A DNA stretch of 64,000 nt from an uncultured delta proteobacterium (GTDB taxonomy: Bacteria > Myxococcota_A > Polyangia > Polyangiales > Polyangiaceae): contig CAWKKR010000008.1 of NCBI GenBank assembly GCA_963850305.1, positions 1,216,001-1,280,000 on the forward strand, in the 5' to 3' direction. The notes below the pieces were generated by a model, which saw only the letters and a program-made list of their open reading frames with translations, was not told the DNA's origin and searched no databases. Each line of letters opens with the position of its first letter. Within the stretch, counting starts at the first letter, position 1. The position numbers and the translations under genes were made by a program. Positions 1 through 9,998 of this stretch are shown here, piece by piece.

Positions 1-2
1 TG

Positions 3-347
3 CGGGAACTCGATCGGCTCAAGAAGGAACTCGATCAGACGTTTCAAAAGCAGATCGGCGCGCGGAGCGAAGGCGTGGAGGCCGCGAACCAGCAACGTGT
101 GGACGCGTTCGCGAGCGTCGGCCGCGCGGTGCTGGCGGCGCGGGGCCGGCTGGTGGCCGTCCCCGCGGAGATACTGGACGCCATCACGCGCTCCGAGAAG
201 ACCGTCCTGACTCGAGCGACGGACCTCGAGAAAACGCTCCGCGCACTCGATTCTTACGACCGAAACGCCTCACGCAATGGTCTGACGGTTGCCGTCGCGA
301 TCGTGGGCGCCGTGCTGCTCGCAGTGATCCTTCTCGCCCGTCACTGA
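3..347 (+). CDS. Partial (5'-truncated) hypothetical protein, coiled-coil region with C-terminal transmembrane helix
   Basis: Frame is open from the window edge (RELDRLKKELDQTFQKQ...) to TGA at 345-347 and ends in the hydrophobic stretch LTVAVAIVGAVLLAVILL. Confidence 0.7.
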   Translation, partial: RELDRLKKELDQTFQKQIGARSEGVEAANQQRVDAFASVGRAVLAARGRLVAVPAEILDAITRSEKTVLTRATDLEKTLRALDSYDRNASRNGLTVAVAIVGAVLLAVILLARH

Positions 348-351
348 CGAC

Positions 352-714
352 TCAGCGACGCAGAATGCCGGCCGCTTCCTGGCGCGCGCACAGGGCGGCG
401 ATCTCCGTCTCGTACTCCACGATCGGTGTCTCGAATTCGACGCCGAGCTCCCAGACCCAGATATCGGCGAGGGCGGCCTCCCGGCGATCGACGCGGACGA
501 CCTTGCCGGCGGCCTGCTTCGGCGGAGCCGACTCCCCGGAGAGATAGAGGTGCAGGGTGACGGCGTGGTTCGGTTCCAATCGCACTCGCGTATAAAGCTT
601 GGCGCCAGTGACGCTGACGTCTCGAATCAAGGCAAGATCCTGAGAGTCTGCCCTCGATTCGAAGTACGCCGGAATGCAAGTGAGCTGGCGGGAGTGGGCA
701 CGGCGGTCCTCCAT
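352..714 (-). CDS. PilZ domain protein (putative c-di-GMP receptor)
   Basis: RRAHSR (RxxxR) and DVSVTGA (DxSxxG) motifs, followed by GKVVRV...LGVEF beta-barrel pattern. Start taken at MEDRR (714). Confidence 0.85.
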   Translation of the reverse strand: MEDRRAHSRQLTCIPAYFESRADSQDLALIRDVSVTGAKLYTRVRLEPNHAVTLHLYLSGESAPPKQAAGKVVRVDRREAALADIWVWELGVEFETPIVEYETEIAALCARQEAAGILRR

Positions 715-769
715 CGATCCATGGTCAACCGGCCTGCGGTCGCGTGTCAAATCTCAGGCGGAAGCGGAC

Positions 770-2326
770 CTAAAGTGGAATATTGCCGTGCTTCCTCGGA
801 GGATTCTTTTCTCGCTTGTTCTGGAGCATCTCCAGGCAGGTCGCGAGACGCTTCCGGCACTCGCGGGGATAAATCACTTCGTCGACGAAGCCGAGCTCGG
901 CCGCCTTGTACGGATTCGCGAATTTCGCCTTGTACTCTGCCACGAAGCCGGCCCGCGCTCGATCCCTGTCGGCGGCCTTCTCGATCGCGTTCTTGTAGAC
1001 GATCGAGACGGCTCCATCGGGCCCCATGACGGCGATTTCGGCGGTCGGGAACGCGAGGCTCACGTCTCCGCGGATGTGTTTGGAGCTCATGACGTCGTAC
1101 GCGCCGCCGTACGCCTTGCGCGTGATGACCGTGAGCTTGGGGACCGTCGCTTCGCAGAACGCATACAGGAGCTTCGCGCCGTGCGTGATTATGCCGCGGT
1201 GTTCCTGGTCCACGCCTGGCAAGAAGCCGGGCACGTCGACCCACGTGACGATCGGCAGGTTGAAGCAGTCGCAGAATCGAACGAAGCGTGCCGCCTTGAG
1301 GCTCGCGTCGATGTCGAGCACGCCCGCCAGATACGCCGGTTGATTCGCGACGACGCCTACGGGGCGTCCGCCGATGCGCGCGAACCCGACGACCATGTTC
1401 CGGGCGTAGTTCTCATGAATTTCGAAGAGATAGCCGTCGTCGACGACCGTGGTGATCACCTTCTTGATGTCGTATGGCTTGTTGCTCTCCGCCGGAATGA
1501 TGCCGTCGAGCGCCGTGCAGTCGCGATCGACGGGATCGTCCGTCGCCTTGATCGGCGGGTCTTCGTTGTTGTTCGACGGAATGAAGCTCAAGAGCTCGCG
1601 GATCTGGGCGATGCTCGCGCGGTCGTCGGGAGCGGTGAGGTGTGCCACGCCGCTTTTCGCCGCGTGGGCGCTCGCGCCGCCCAGTGTCTCTTTGCTCACT
1701 TCCTCGTGCGTCACCGTTTTGATGACGTCCGGGCCCGTGATGAACATGTAGCTGGTACCCTCGACCATCAGAATGAAGTCGGTGATGGCCGGCGAATAGA
1801 CGGCCCCGCCGGCACACGGACCCATGATCGCGCTGATCTGCGGGATGACGCCGCTCGCCAGGGTGTTCCGGAGAAAGATGTCGGCGTAACCCGCAAGCGA
1901 CTCGACGCCCTCCTGGATGCGCGCGCCGCCCGAGTCGTTGAGACCGACCACGGGGGCGCCGGTTTTCATCGCGAGATCCATGACCTTGCAGATCTTCGAA
2001 GCGTACGCCGCGCTGAGGGATCCGCCGAACACGGTGAAGTCCTGGGCGAACACGAACACGCGTCGACCGTCTACCGTGCCGTGACCGGTGACGACGCCGT
2101 CGCCGAGGATCTTTTGATCCTGCATGCCGAAATCCGCGCATCGGTGCATCACGAACCGGTCGAGTTCGACGAAGGTCCCGGGGTCGAGGAGCAGATCCAC
2201 GCGCTCACGGGCCGTGAGCTTGCCGGCGGCGTGTTGCTTATCGATGCGCTCCTTGCCTCCGCCTTCGAGGGCCTTGGCGTTGCGTTCATCGAGCTCGCGA
2301 AAAAGGCTGGGGTTCTTGTCGGACAT
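770..2326 (-). CDS. pccB: Acyl-CoA (propionyl/methylmalonyl-CoA) carboxylase, carboxyltransferase beta subunit
   Basis: [55 protein letters not shown] and C-terminal KHGNIPL motifs. Confidence 0.92.
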   Translation of the reverse strand: MSDKNPSLFRELDERNAKALEGGGKERIDKQHAAGKLTARERVDLLLDPGTFVELDRFVMHRCADFGMQDQKILGDGVVTGHGTVDGRRVFVFAQDFTVFGGSLSAAYASKICKVMDLAMKTGAPVVGLNDSGGARIQEGVESLAGYADIFLRNTLASGVIPQISAIMGPCAGGAVYSPAITDFILMVEGTSYMFITGPDVIKTVTHEEVSKETLGGASAHAAKSGVAHLTAPDDRASIAQIRELLSFIPSNNNEDPPIKATDDPVDRDCTALDGIIPAESNKPYDIKKVITTVVDDGYLFEIHENYARNMVVGFARIGGRPVGVVANQPAYLAGVLDIDASLKAARFVRFCDCFNLPIVTWVDVPGFLPGVDQEHRGIITHGAKLLYAFCEATVPKLTVITRKAYGGAYDVMSSKHIRGDVSLAFPTAEIAVMGPDGAVSIVYKNAIEKAADRDRARAGFVAEYKAKFANPYKAAELGFVDEVIYPRECRKRLATCLEMLQNKREKNPPRKHGNIPL

Positions 2327-2409
2327 CGGGAGCGCGGGGGTTACCACGGAGCGCGCCCCGAGTCAGCGGGGCACGGCGCGTTCGCCTGGACAAGTGCCCA
2401 GTCGCGACG

Positions 2410-3540
2410 TCAGTCGGGCGGGTCCCAGTAGTCCACCTCCACGCCGCGATGTGTTCGGAAGCGCGTCCGCCCTTCGGCGCGCTCGACGACGTAATCCGGA
2501 CCGACCGGAACCTTTCCCATCCCCCCCGGCGTATCGACGATGAACTTGGGCAGCGCGATGCCGGACAGACGGCCCTGCAGTTCCGCCATCAGCCGAACCC
2601 CCGTCGCGACGGGCGTCCGAAGATGTCCGGTGCCCCTGACCGGGTCCGCCTGCAGTAGGTAGTACGGCCGCACGCGCTCGCGCACGAGACCGCGGAACAA
2701 CTCGAAGAGCACGCTGGCGTCGTCATTGACGCCGCGGAGAAGGACCGTGTGATTCATCACGGGGAAGCCCGCATCCGCGAGACGCCGACACGCCGCGCGC
2801 GCAAGCTCGGTGAGCTCCTTCGGATGATTGAAATGGGTCATGACCCAGAGCGGGTGAAAGGGGCGAAGGGCACGGACCAGCTCGGGCGTGACCCGCTGTG
2901 GAAGCGCGACCGGTACGCGCGTCGCCAGACGGATCGTCTCCACGCTGGGAACCTTGCGAAGCTCGCCGACGAGCGCCCCCAGCCGGGTCGTGGACATCGC
3001 AAACGGATCCCCTCCGCTGACGATGACGTCGCGAATCTCGGGGTGCCCGCGCAGATACTCGAACGCAGCGCGGTGCTTCTCGAGCGAGCGAACGCCACCA
3101 CCGCCGCCGACGAGGCGGCTCCGCGTGCAGAACCGACAGTACACAGCGCAACGATCCGTCGCAAAGAGGAGCGCGCGATCCGGATATCTTCGAATGAGGC
3201 CCGGGGCGACCTCGTGTGCCTCTTCGCCCAGCGGATCCCGGAGGTCCCCGGGCACCTCACGACGTTCGGCAGCATTTGGAACCACTTGCCGGCGGATCGG
3301 GCAATCGGGATCGATCGGGTCGACGAGCGACAGGTAGTACGGCGTAATCGACAGCGGGAAACCATGTCGTTCGGCGTCGCGTGCGCCCTCGAGCTCCTCG
3401 GCGGTGAGGCAGAGCGCACGCGACAGGTCGTCCGCCGTCCGCACCGCATGCCGAAGCTGGAACCGCCAATCGTCGGGGCCGTGCGCCGAACGACTCCGAG
3501 CGGACGTGGGTTTCGGAGCCAGGGCGAGCGAGCGCTTCAC
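2410..3540 (-). CDS. KamA/EpmB family radical SAM protein (lysine 2,3-aminomutase-like)
   Basis: CAVYCRFCTR (CxxxCxxC), SGGDP, HFNHPKE, LLRGVNDD, RPYYL and PGGMGK (PLP lysine). GTG start overlaps the upstream stop (GTGA). Confidence 0.9.
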   Translation of the reverse strand: MKRSLALAPKPTSARSRSAHGPDDWRFQLRHAVRTADDLSRALCLTAEELEGARDAERHGFPLSITPYYLSLVDPIDPDCPIRRQVVPNAAERREVPGDLRDPLGEEAHEVAPGLIRRYPDRALLFATDRCAVYCRFCTRSRLVGGGGGVRSLEKHRAAFEYLRGHPEIRDVIVSGGDPFAMSTTRLGALVGELRKVPSVETIRLATRVPVALPQRVTPELVRALRPFHPLWVMTHFNHPKELTELARAACRRLADAGFPVMNHTVLLRGVNDDASVLFELFRGLVRERVRPYYLLQADPVRGTGHLRTPVATGVRLMAELQGRLSGIALPKFIVDTPGGMGKVPVGPDYVVERAEGRTRFRTHRGVEVDYWDPPD

Positions 3541-4544
3541 GGCTTGCCCTGGACGCCCGGCACGACCACCTTCGCGAGGGCCGCTCGATCGACGTTGACC
3601 GGGTAGCGTGCACGCAAGTCGCGCTCGAGGTCGGCCTCGGCCTTGTGAAGCCGCCACTCCAGGAGCACCATCCGGATTGCACGATCGGCCTCCGGCAGCG
3701 AACGATCGCGCGCCTCATTCTTCGCGACGAGGCGCACGACGTAGAATCGGTTGCCATCCTCGACGACGCGATCCAGCACGTCGCCAGGCTTGTCGATCTC
3801 GAACACGGCGGCTCGCACAGGCTCGGGTACGTGCGCGTTGTCGCTCTTTCCGGCGGCGGGAGGCGTCACGAGCCCCAAATCGCCGGCGAGCTCGTCCGGC
3901 ACGTCCGGTCCGGGTTTGTCGAGTGAGTGCCTGCGAACCAGCTCACCCCACGCCTTCGGCGACGCCGCGCGAGCCTCCGCAAGCACCTTTTCCGCGGTCG
4001 CTCGACTGGCCACGACGATGTCGGCGACTCGCCGGCGCGCCGGCTCCTTGAAATCGGCGCGGTGCGCTTCGTAGTAAGCTCTGACCTCGGCGGCTGGAAT
4101 GTCCTCGACTTTTGGCAAGGTCGAGCGCAGCTGGTTCAGCACCTCCGCACGGAGGATCTGACGGACGAGTTCCTTGGTCTCCGGCGCGTCGGCGAGCCCG
4201 CGCCGCTCGGCCTCGCGCGCGAGCAACTCGACGTCGATGATCTGATCGAGGAGCTCTTTGCGTCGGTCCGCGGTCTGGTAACGGAGCCGGTCGAGTCGAT
4301 CCATCCGGTCGAGAACCGTCTCGTAATCGCCGAGGGTGATCGTCGTGTCGCCGACATGGGCCAGGACTTTCGCGGCCAGGTCCGCCGGCAGGGAGCCGAC
4401 GGACGCCGGGGGGGTGGGCGTCGCGTGACCGGGTTCAGCACGATGGCACCCGACGGTGCTCGACGCTCCGGCAACGGCCAGGACCCAAACGCACCATAAA
4501 AACTCGCTGTTTGCGCGTGCAGCAGACCGGAAAGCGCGACTCAT
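3537..4544 (-). CDS. Peptidylprolyl isomerase, parvulin/PpiC-SurA-like exported foldase (probable lipoprotein)
   Basis: Signal region ending VGC, SurA-like [16 protein letters not shown]...[17 protein letters not shown] and AAVF motifs. Confidence 0.8.
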   Translation of the reverse strand: MSRAFRSAARANSEFLWCVWVLAVAGASSTVGCHRAEPGHATPTPPASVGSLPADLAAKVLAHVGDTTITLGDYETVLDRMDRLDRLRYQTADRRKELLDQIIDVELLAREAERRGLADAPETKELVRQILRAEVLNQLRSTLPKVEDIPAAEVRAYYEAHRADFKEPARRRVADIVVASRATAEKVLAEARAASPKAWGELVRRHSLDKPGPDVPDELAGDLGLVTPPAAGKSDNAHVPEPVRAAVFEIDKPGDVLDRVVEDGNRFYVVRLVAKNEARDRSLPEADRAIRMVLLEWRLHKAEADLERDLRARYPVNVDRAALAKVVVPGVQGKP

Positions 4545-4658
4545 GGCCTTCGTTCGAAGGCGAGCCTACACCAACGGTGCGCGGCTTGGACGAAACCGGG
4601 CCTCGAGTCGATCTTCCGACGTTGCGGCGCTCGGAGCTGGGCAGTAGATGAGTCGGCC

Positions 4659-5390
4659 GTGACGGACACCGAGAAAAAGCTTCACTATGACCGCGTCGTC
4701 GTCAAACTGAGCGGAGAGGCGCTGTGCGCCAAGGAGGGCGGCTTCGGGATTGACACCGGAACGCTGAAAAGCACCGCCGCCGAACTGTCCGAGGTTCACA
4801 AGACTGGCGTGCAGATAGGCATCGTCGTCGGCGGCGGGAACATTTTTCGCGGCCTTCGGGGCGCGAGCCAGGGGATGGACCGCGCCCAGAGCGACTACAT
4901 GGGCATGCTCGCCACGGTCATCAATTCCCTCGCACTTCAGGACGCGCTCGAGCGCGAAGGCGTCGCGGTCCGGGTGATGACGGCGATAGAAATCGGCAAG
5001 GTCGCCGAGCCGTACATCCGCCGGCGTGCCATGCGGCATCTCGACCGCGGGCACATCGTGATCCTCGCCGCGGGAACCGGGAACCCGTATTTCTCGACGG
5101 ACACGGCCGCGGCGCTCCGTGCGATGGAGATCCGAGCAGACGCTCTGCTCAAGGCAACCAAGGTAGACGGGATCTACGATCGCGACCCGAAGCGCCACGC
5201 CGAGGCCACGATGTTCCAGCATGTGAGCTACGATCGCTTCCTGAACGACCACCTGGGGGTCATGGACTCGACTGCCGTGACACTTTGTCGGGAAAATGGC
5301 ATGCCGATCCGTGTCTTCAAGATGGCCGAGGGCAACATCAAGCGGGTCTGTTTCGGCGAGGACGTGGGCACGACCGTGACCGATCGGTGA
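4659..5390 (+). CDS. pyrH: UMP kinase
   Basis: [47 protein letters not shown] and MDSTA motifs. Confidence 0.97.
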   Translation: MTDTEKKLHYDRVVVKLSGEALCAKEGGFGIDTGTLKSTAAELSEVHKTGVQIGIVVGGGNIFRGLRGASQGMDRAQSDYMGMLATVINSLALQDALEREGVAVRVMTAIEIGKVAEPYIRRRAMRHLDRGHIVILAAGTGNPYFSTDTAAALRAMEIRADALLKATKVDGIYDRDPKRHAEATMFQHVSYDRFLNDHLGVMDSTAVTLCRENGMPIRVFKMAEGNIKRVCFGEDVGTTVTDR

Positions 5391-5429
5391 GGCCATTTCC
5401 GGACGGCCTGCTAAGGTTCGCCCCGAACC

Positions 5430-7718
5430 ATGTGGGATTCTCTGCCTACTTTCGGAACGGGCGTCCTTTACGCGATGCTGGTTTCAGCCGCGTACACCTT
5501 TGCCGTTGCGGTCGCCGCTGGGCAAGGCCGGCCCCGATTGCTCGAATCCGCGCGGCGCGGGGCATACGCCACGTGCGGGCTCGTTGCGCTCGGCGTGCTC
5601 GTCCTGGCATACGCGTTCGTGACGCACGATTTCCGGATCCGTTACGTCACCCACTACAGCGATCGCTCGATGCCGATGAGTTACCTCGTCGCGGCGCTGT
5701 GGGGTGGTCAGGACGGTTCCCTGCTCTGGTGGTCGTTCCTCTTGTCTGGCTACACGACGGCGTGCGTCGTGTGGCTAAAGGGGAAATACCGCCAGCTTCA
5801 GCCGTACATCATCGCCACACTCATGGTCATCATGGGGTTCTTCGCGATCCTCATGCTCTTCGCCGCGAACCCGTTCGAGACGAACCTGGCGGGGGCGAAG
5901 CTCGACGGCGAGGGCCTGAACCCACTGCTCCAGAACTACTGGATGGCGATTCACCCCCCGTGTCTTTACATGGGTTTCGTCGGTTGCTCGGTGCCCTTCG
6001 CCTTCGCGATAGCGGCGCTCGTGACGGGCCGGCTCGACAACGAGTGGATCATCGCCGTCCGCAAGTGGGTGCTCTTCGCCTGGCTCTTCCTCTCCATCGG
6101 CAACGCACTCGGCATGCGCTGGGCCTACGAGGAGCTCGGCTGGGGCGGTTACTGGGCGTGGGATCCGGTCGAAAACGCCGCGTGTCTCCCCTGGTTCGCG
6201 GCGAGCGCGTACGTCCATTCCACGATGATTCAAGAGCGAAGGAACATGCTCAAGATCTGGAACGTCGTGTTGATCGCAGTGACGTTCCTGTTGACGATCT
6301 TCGGCACGTTCTTGACCCGCGCAGGTCTCATCTCGAGCGTCCATGCATTCGCTCAGAGCGATATCGGCATCTTCTTCGTCTGGTTCATGGCGCTCACGTT
6401 CGCCGTGACGGCAGGGCTCATCGTGTGGCGGCTGCCGCAGCTCAAGAGCCGCGGGCAGATCGAGGCGGTACTGTCACGCGAGGCGGCGTTCGTCGTCAAT
6501 AACTGGCTTTTGATGGGCATCGCGACGTTCATCCTCATCGCAACGATCTTCCCGCGGATCAGTGAGTGGCTCTGGAACGAGACCGTCACGGTGGGCCCGC
6601 CGTTCTTCAACCGCTGGATGGCGCCGCTCGGACTCGGGCTTCTGTTCCTCATGGGCATGGGGCCGCTCTTCGGCTGGCGGAAAACGAGCGGGGTTTCGCT
6701 CCTGCGTGCGGCCGCTTTTCCCGCTGGTGTCATGTTTCTCGTGGGCCTTCTGCACCTCGCGTTCGGCACCCGGCTCGGCTTCCCGGCCATCGTCAAGGAA
6801 GACGCCTTCTACCCGGGAATCGTCGGCGTCGTCCTCCAGAAGCTGGGCTCGGCCGCACCGCTACTGACCATCTCGTTTGCCGCATTCAATTTCGCGGTCG
6901 TGGGTCAGGAGTATTTTCGCGGTATCGCCGCGAGGCGGACGAAGCATCCCGAAGAGGGCGTGTTTGCGGCACTCCGGAACGTCGTGGACAAGAGCCGGCG
7001 GCGCTACGGCGGATACATCGTGCACATCGGCGTCGGGTTGATGTTCGTGGGGTTCTGCGGGCGTGCCTGGGAGATCGAACACGAAGCGAGCATGCTGCCT
7101 GGTGACCGGCATCAGATCGGCGCCTACGAGATCACGTATCGCGGACCGCGCATGGAGGTCGATCAGACCAAGCGAATGATCTTCGCCGACGTGGACGTCG
7201 AGAAGGCGGGCAAGCCCATGGGACGGCTCAGCCCGGCACGCTTCATCTACCTGAAGCAAGGTCAGCCCACGACGGAAGTGAGCATGTTGACGGGCCTCCA
7301 CGATGATCTCTATCTCGTCGTGGGCACGATCGATCCGCAAACGAAGCGTGCAACGCTTCGTTTCCACGTCAATCCTCTGGTGACGTGGGTCTGGACGGGG
7401 GTGCTGGTGCTCATGTTCGGAGCGTCCATTTCCCTCTGGCCGGAGGTGCGCCTGAGTGAGGTCGGCGTGTGGGGTTACGTTCGCGCAACGGCTGGCGTTG
7501 CGACCAGCGTCATGTTCGCCATCCTGCTCGCGACGTCGTCCGCCCGCGCGGCCGGCCCCGTCGGCAAACGAACCATGAACGCCGCCGTCGCGCGCGCCGC
7601 GCCTGGACCGAGACCGCTCGGTGGAACGCCGTTCGCTGCGCTCGGCGCGGGGCTGCTTCTCGGGGGCATGACGCTTCGCCGGCGTGCCGCGCGGGGCCCC
7701 GAGTCCCGCGAGCCGTGA
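5430..7718 (+). CDS. ccmF: Cytochrome c biogenesis heme lyase CcmF
   Basis: WGGQDGSLL, LNPLLQN..M.IHPP, WGGYWAWDPVEN (WWD motif), SVHAFA and YGGYIVHIG; multiple transmembrane segments. Confidence 0.95.
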   Translation: MWDSLPTFGTGVLYAMLVSAAYTFAVAVAAGQGRPRLLESARRGAYATCGLVALGVLVLAYAFVTHDFRIRYVTHYSDRSMPMSYLVAALWGGQDGSLLWWSFLLSGYTTACVVWLKGKYRQLQPYIIATLMVIMGFFAILMLFAANPFETNLAGAKLDGEGLNPLLQNYWMAIHPPCLYMGFVGCSVPFAFAIAALVTGRLDNEWIIAVRKWVLFAWLFLSIGNALGMRWAYEELGWGGYWAWDPVENAACLPWFAASAYVHSTMIQERRNMLKIWNVVLIAVTFLLTIFGTFLTRAGLISSVHAFAQSDIGIFFVWFMALTFAVTAGLIVWRLPQLKSRGQIEAVLSREAAFVVNNWLLMGIATFILIATIFPRISEWLWNETVTVGPPFFNRWMAPLGLGLLFLMGMGPLFGWRKTSGVSLLRAAAFPAGVMFLVGLLHLAFGTRLGFPAIVKEDAFYPGIVGVVLQKLGSAAPLLTISFAAFNFAVVGQEYFRGIAARRTKHPEEGVFAALRNVVDKSRRRYGGYIVHIGVGLMFVGFCGRAWEIEHEASMLPGDRHQIGAYEITYRGPRMEVDQTKRMIFADVDVEKAGKPMGRLSPARFIYLKQGQPTTEVSMLTGLHDDLYLVVGTIDPQTKRATLRFHVNPLVTWVWTGVLVLMFGASISLWPEVRLSEVGVWGYVRATAGVATSVMFAILLATSSARAAGPVGKRTMNAAVARAAPGPRPLGGTPFAALGAGLLLGGMTLRRRAARGPESREP

Positions 7719-8368
7719 TGGATCCAGAGCGCGTCATCAGAGGCCTGTCCGTCGGAATCGCGCCGCTCACGGTTGGCGTAGCGTTGGTCACCGGCGCCAC
7801 CGTCGGCCTCGGACCGGCGCTCCTCGTGCTCGCGGGCGGGATGCTGCTCGGGGTCGTGCTGCTGCTGTGGTCGAGCCTGGGCCGGCTCACGGGCGAATCC
7901 CCGCTGACCCTGGAAGAAGCGATGGGTCTCGCAGCACCGAGCGCCGAGGAAGAACGAAAGCGTTCCATCCTGCGCGCGCTCAAGGACCTCGAGTACGAGC
8001 GCAGCGTCGGCAAGATCAGCAACGAGGACTTCGCGGAACTGTCGTCACGGTACCGGGGCGAGGCAAAGGTTCTCCTTCGCGCAATAGAAGAAGGCGGCGC
8101 GGCCCGGCGAGACCACGCCGAAGCGCGCCTCGCGGAGCGTCTCGGAAAGAACGACGCGCTCGCGGAGAAGAAGAAAGGCCGCAAGCGGGCCACGAAGGCA
8201 GCCGCCGAGGCGGAGGCTCAGGGCGCAAAGACCGCGGCGTCCCGGAGCGACGAGACCGCTCCGGAGGCGGGACGGGCTTGCAGCGGGTGCTCGACCATGA
8301 ACGATGCGGATGCGCAGTTCTGCAAACGTTGCGGAACCGCGCTGTCTGCGACGGAGACCTCGTCATGA
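7718..8368 (+). CDS. Membrane protein with CcmI/CycH-like helical motif and C-terminal zinc ribbon
   Basis: Two N-terminal TM helices, LKDLEYERSVGKISNEDF motif, CSGC...FCKRCG zinc ribbon. ATG overlaps the ccmF stop (TGATG). Confidence 0.75.
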   Translation: MDPERVIRGLSVGIAPLTVGVALVTGATVGLGPALLVLAGGMLLGVVLLLWSSLGRLTGESPLTLEEAMGLAAPSAEEERKRSILRALKDLEYERSVGKISNEDFAELSSRYRGEAKVLLRAIEEGGAARRDHAEARLAERLGKNDALAEKKKGRKRATKAAAEAEAQGAKTAASRSDETAPEAGRACSGCSTMNDADAQFCKRCGTALSATETSS

Positions 8369-9667
8369 GTCCGATGGGCCTGCTGCGCGGCGCGTGTGTA
8401 TCGTTAGTGGCGAGCTGGGCGGCTGTGGCACTCGGTCAAGGCGCCGTCGACCCCAATGCACCGCTCCCGCCCGGCCACCCCTCGGTCGCGGCGTCCGACG
8501 ACGGCGCCGGGGATGGGGATGTGCCGGCGGGGCACCCGTCCGTCGCGCCGACGGCTCCACCGCAGGATCGCATCGCGCCCGCGGCCGATTTGCGGCCCGG
8601 CACGATCGAGATCCACCTGCACGACGCTCACGAAGCGCCGGTTCGAGACACCGCCGTCCAATCTTTCCATTCTCAAAGAGGATGTCGGCCAAGGCAACTC
8701 GCACACCGAGCGAAACGGAACGACGGACGACAACGGCGTCCTGGTGTTCGAGGGACTCCCGATCGGAACCGCATACACTTATCGCGCGAGCGTTGCACGC
8801 GGCGCCGGTACTTTCTCGTCCGACACGCTCAGGCTGAACGAAACGTCGGGGCAGCGAATGCTCCTCCACGTGTTCGACGTCACGACCGATCTTCGCGAAG
8901 CACTGGTCGGTCTTCGCGGCGTGGTCTTCATTCAACCGCGCGAGGACATTTTTCATCTGGAAGCGAGCTTCCAGGTCATCAACATCGGTACGAAGGCATG
9001 GGTCCCCGATCACGTGACCTATCCGCTCCCAGACGGAGCCAAGGCATTTCGCTCGAGCGACGCGACGGCAGACACCCGGATCGACAAGGCCGATGGGGGC
9101 GGCCTCGAGCTCCGCGGGACGTATTCTCCGGGACAGCGCGAGGTCGGGTATCAGTTCGAGGTCAGCAATGATCATCTGAGCTCGCACACGTTTCACATTC
9201 CCCTTCCACCGCATGTCGCGGAACTCCGCGTCGTCGCCGAGGGTGCTCGCAGCCTCGTCCTGACCGCCGCAGGGTTTCCCGGCGCCGAACCGATGATGGG
9301 GCAGGATGGCAGCCGGCTTCTCGTCACGGATCGGCATTTGACCCGCGGCGATCCCGCCCTCGACTTCGTCGACATCACGCTCGACAACTTGCCCATTCCC
9401 AGTGATGGACGCTGGTATGCGGTCGGCATTGCCTTGTGCTTCGCATTCGCGGGCTTGTTCGAGGCCACGCGGCCCGAAACGGGGAAGAAGCGCACGGGCG
9501 TCGACGCCGAGGAGAATCGGGAAGCGGAAGAGCTCGTGCTCGACGAACTGGTGCTGCTCGAAAAGCTGAAGCGGTCGGAATCGATCGGGCCTCGTGCCTA
9601 CCAGGACGCTCATGCCGAGCTCATCGCGGCCCTCGCCCGTCTCGAGGCACGACGCAACACCGCCTGA
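8365..9667 (+). CDS. Exported, membrane-anchored protein with PxGHP repeats and carboxypeptidase-regulatory-like beta-sandwich (one frameshift near 8660, probable sequence error)
   Basis: ATGA overlap with the upstream gene. Signal peptide plus LPPGHP/VPAGHP lie in the frame of ORF 7684..9171; the protein continues as NLSILKED...GTTDDNG..VFEGL in the frame of ORF 8456..9667. C-terminal TM helix. Confidence 0.7.
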
Positions 9668-9998
9668 AAAGGCTGTTTTCCACAGTTGGGGATAACCTCG
9701 GGAGAAGTCTGCCGAAAACTCGTCGGTTCCCTGCCGAGGACAACGCCGACATCCGTCCTTCCCCAGGTTGATGCCTTGCGTCACGAACGCAAAGCCCACA
9801 GGGGAGAAGTAGATTTATCCTGTTATTTCGAATTGTTTCGTGTTTTCCCCCAGAATCCACAAGCCCTATCACTAAGACCCTTGGATCTTAAATAAAGAGA
9901 GAAGAGAGTCGGATCCGGGCGTTTCGGAAAGAGCGGCCGCGGCAAACCGAGTCCACGCTGGAAGCCGTGGCGTCCCGAGACTAAAGCCTGTCTTCGCC
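9668..9998. other. Putative chromosomal replication origin (oriC)
   Basis: AT-rich non-coding gap before dnaN. DnaA-box-like TTTTCCACA (9676-9684), TTATCCCCA on minus (9687-9695), tandem TTTCCCCCA/GAATCCACA (9844-9861), followed by AGCCC and TATCACTAAGAC. Confidence 0.65.
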
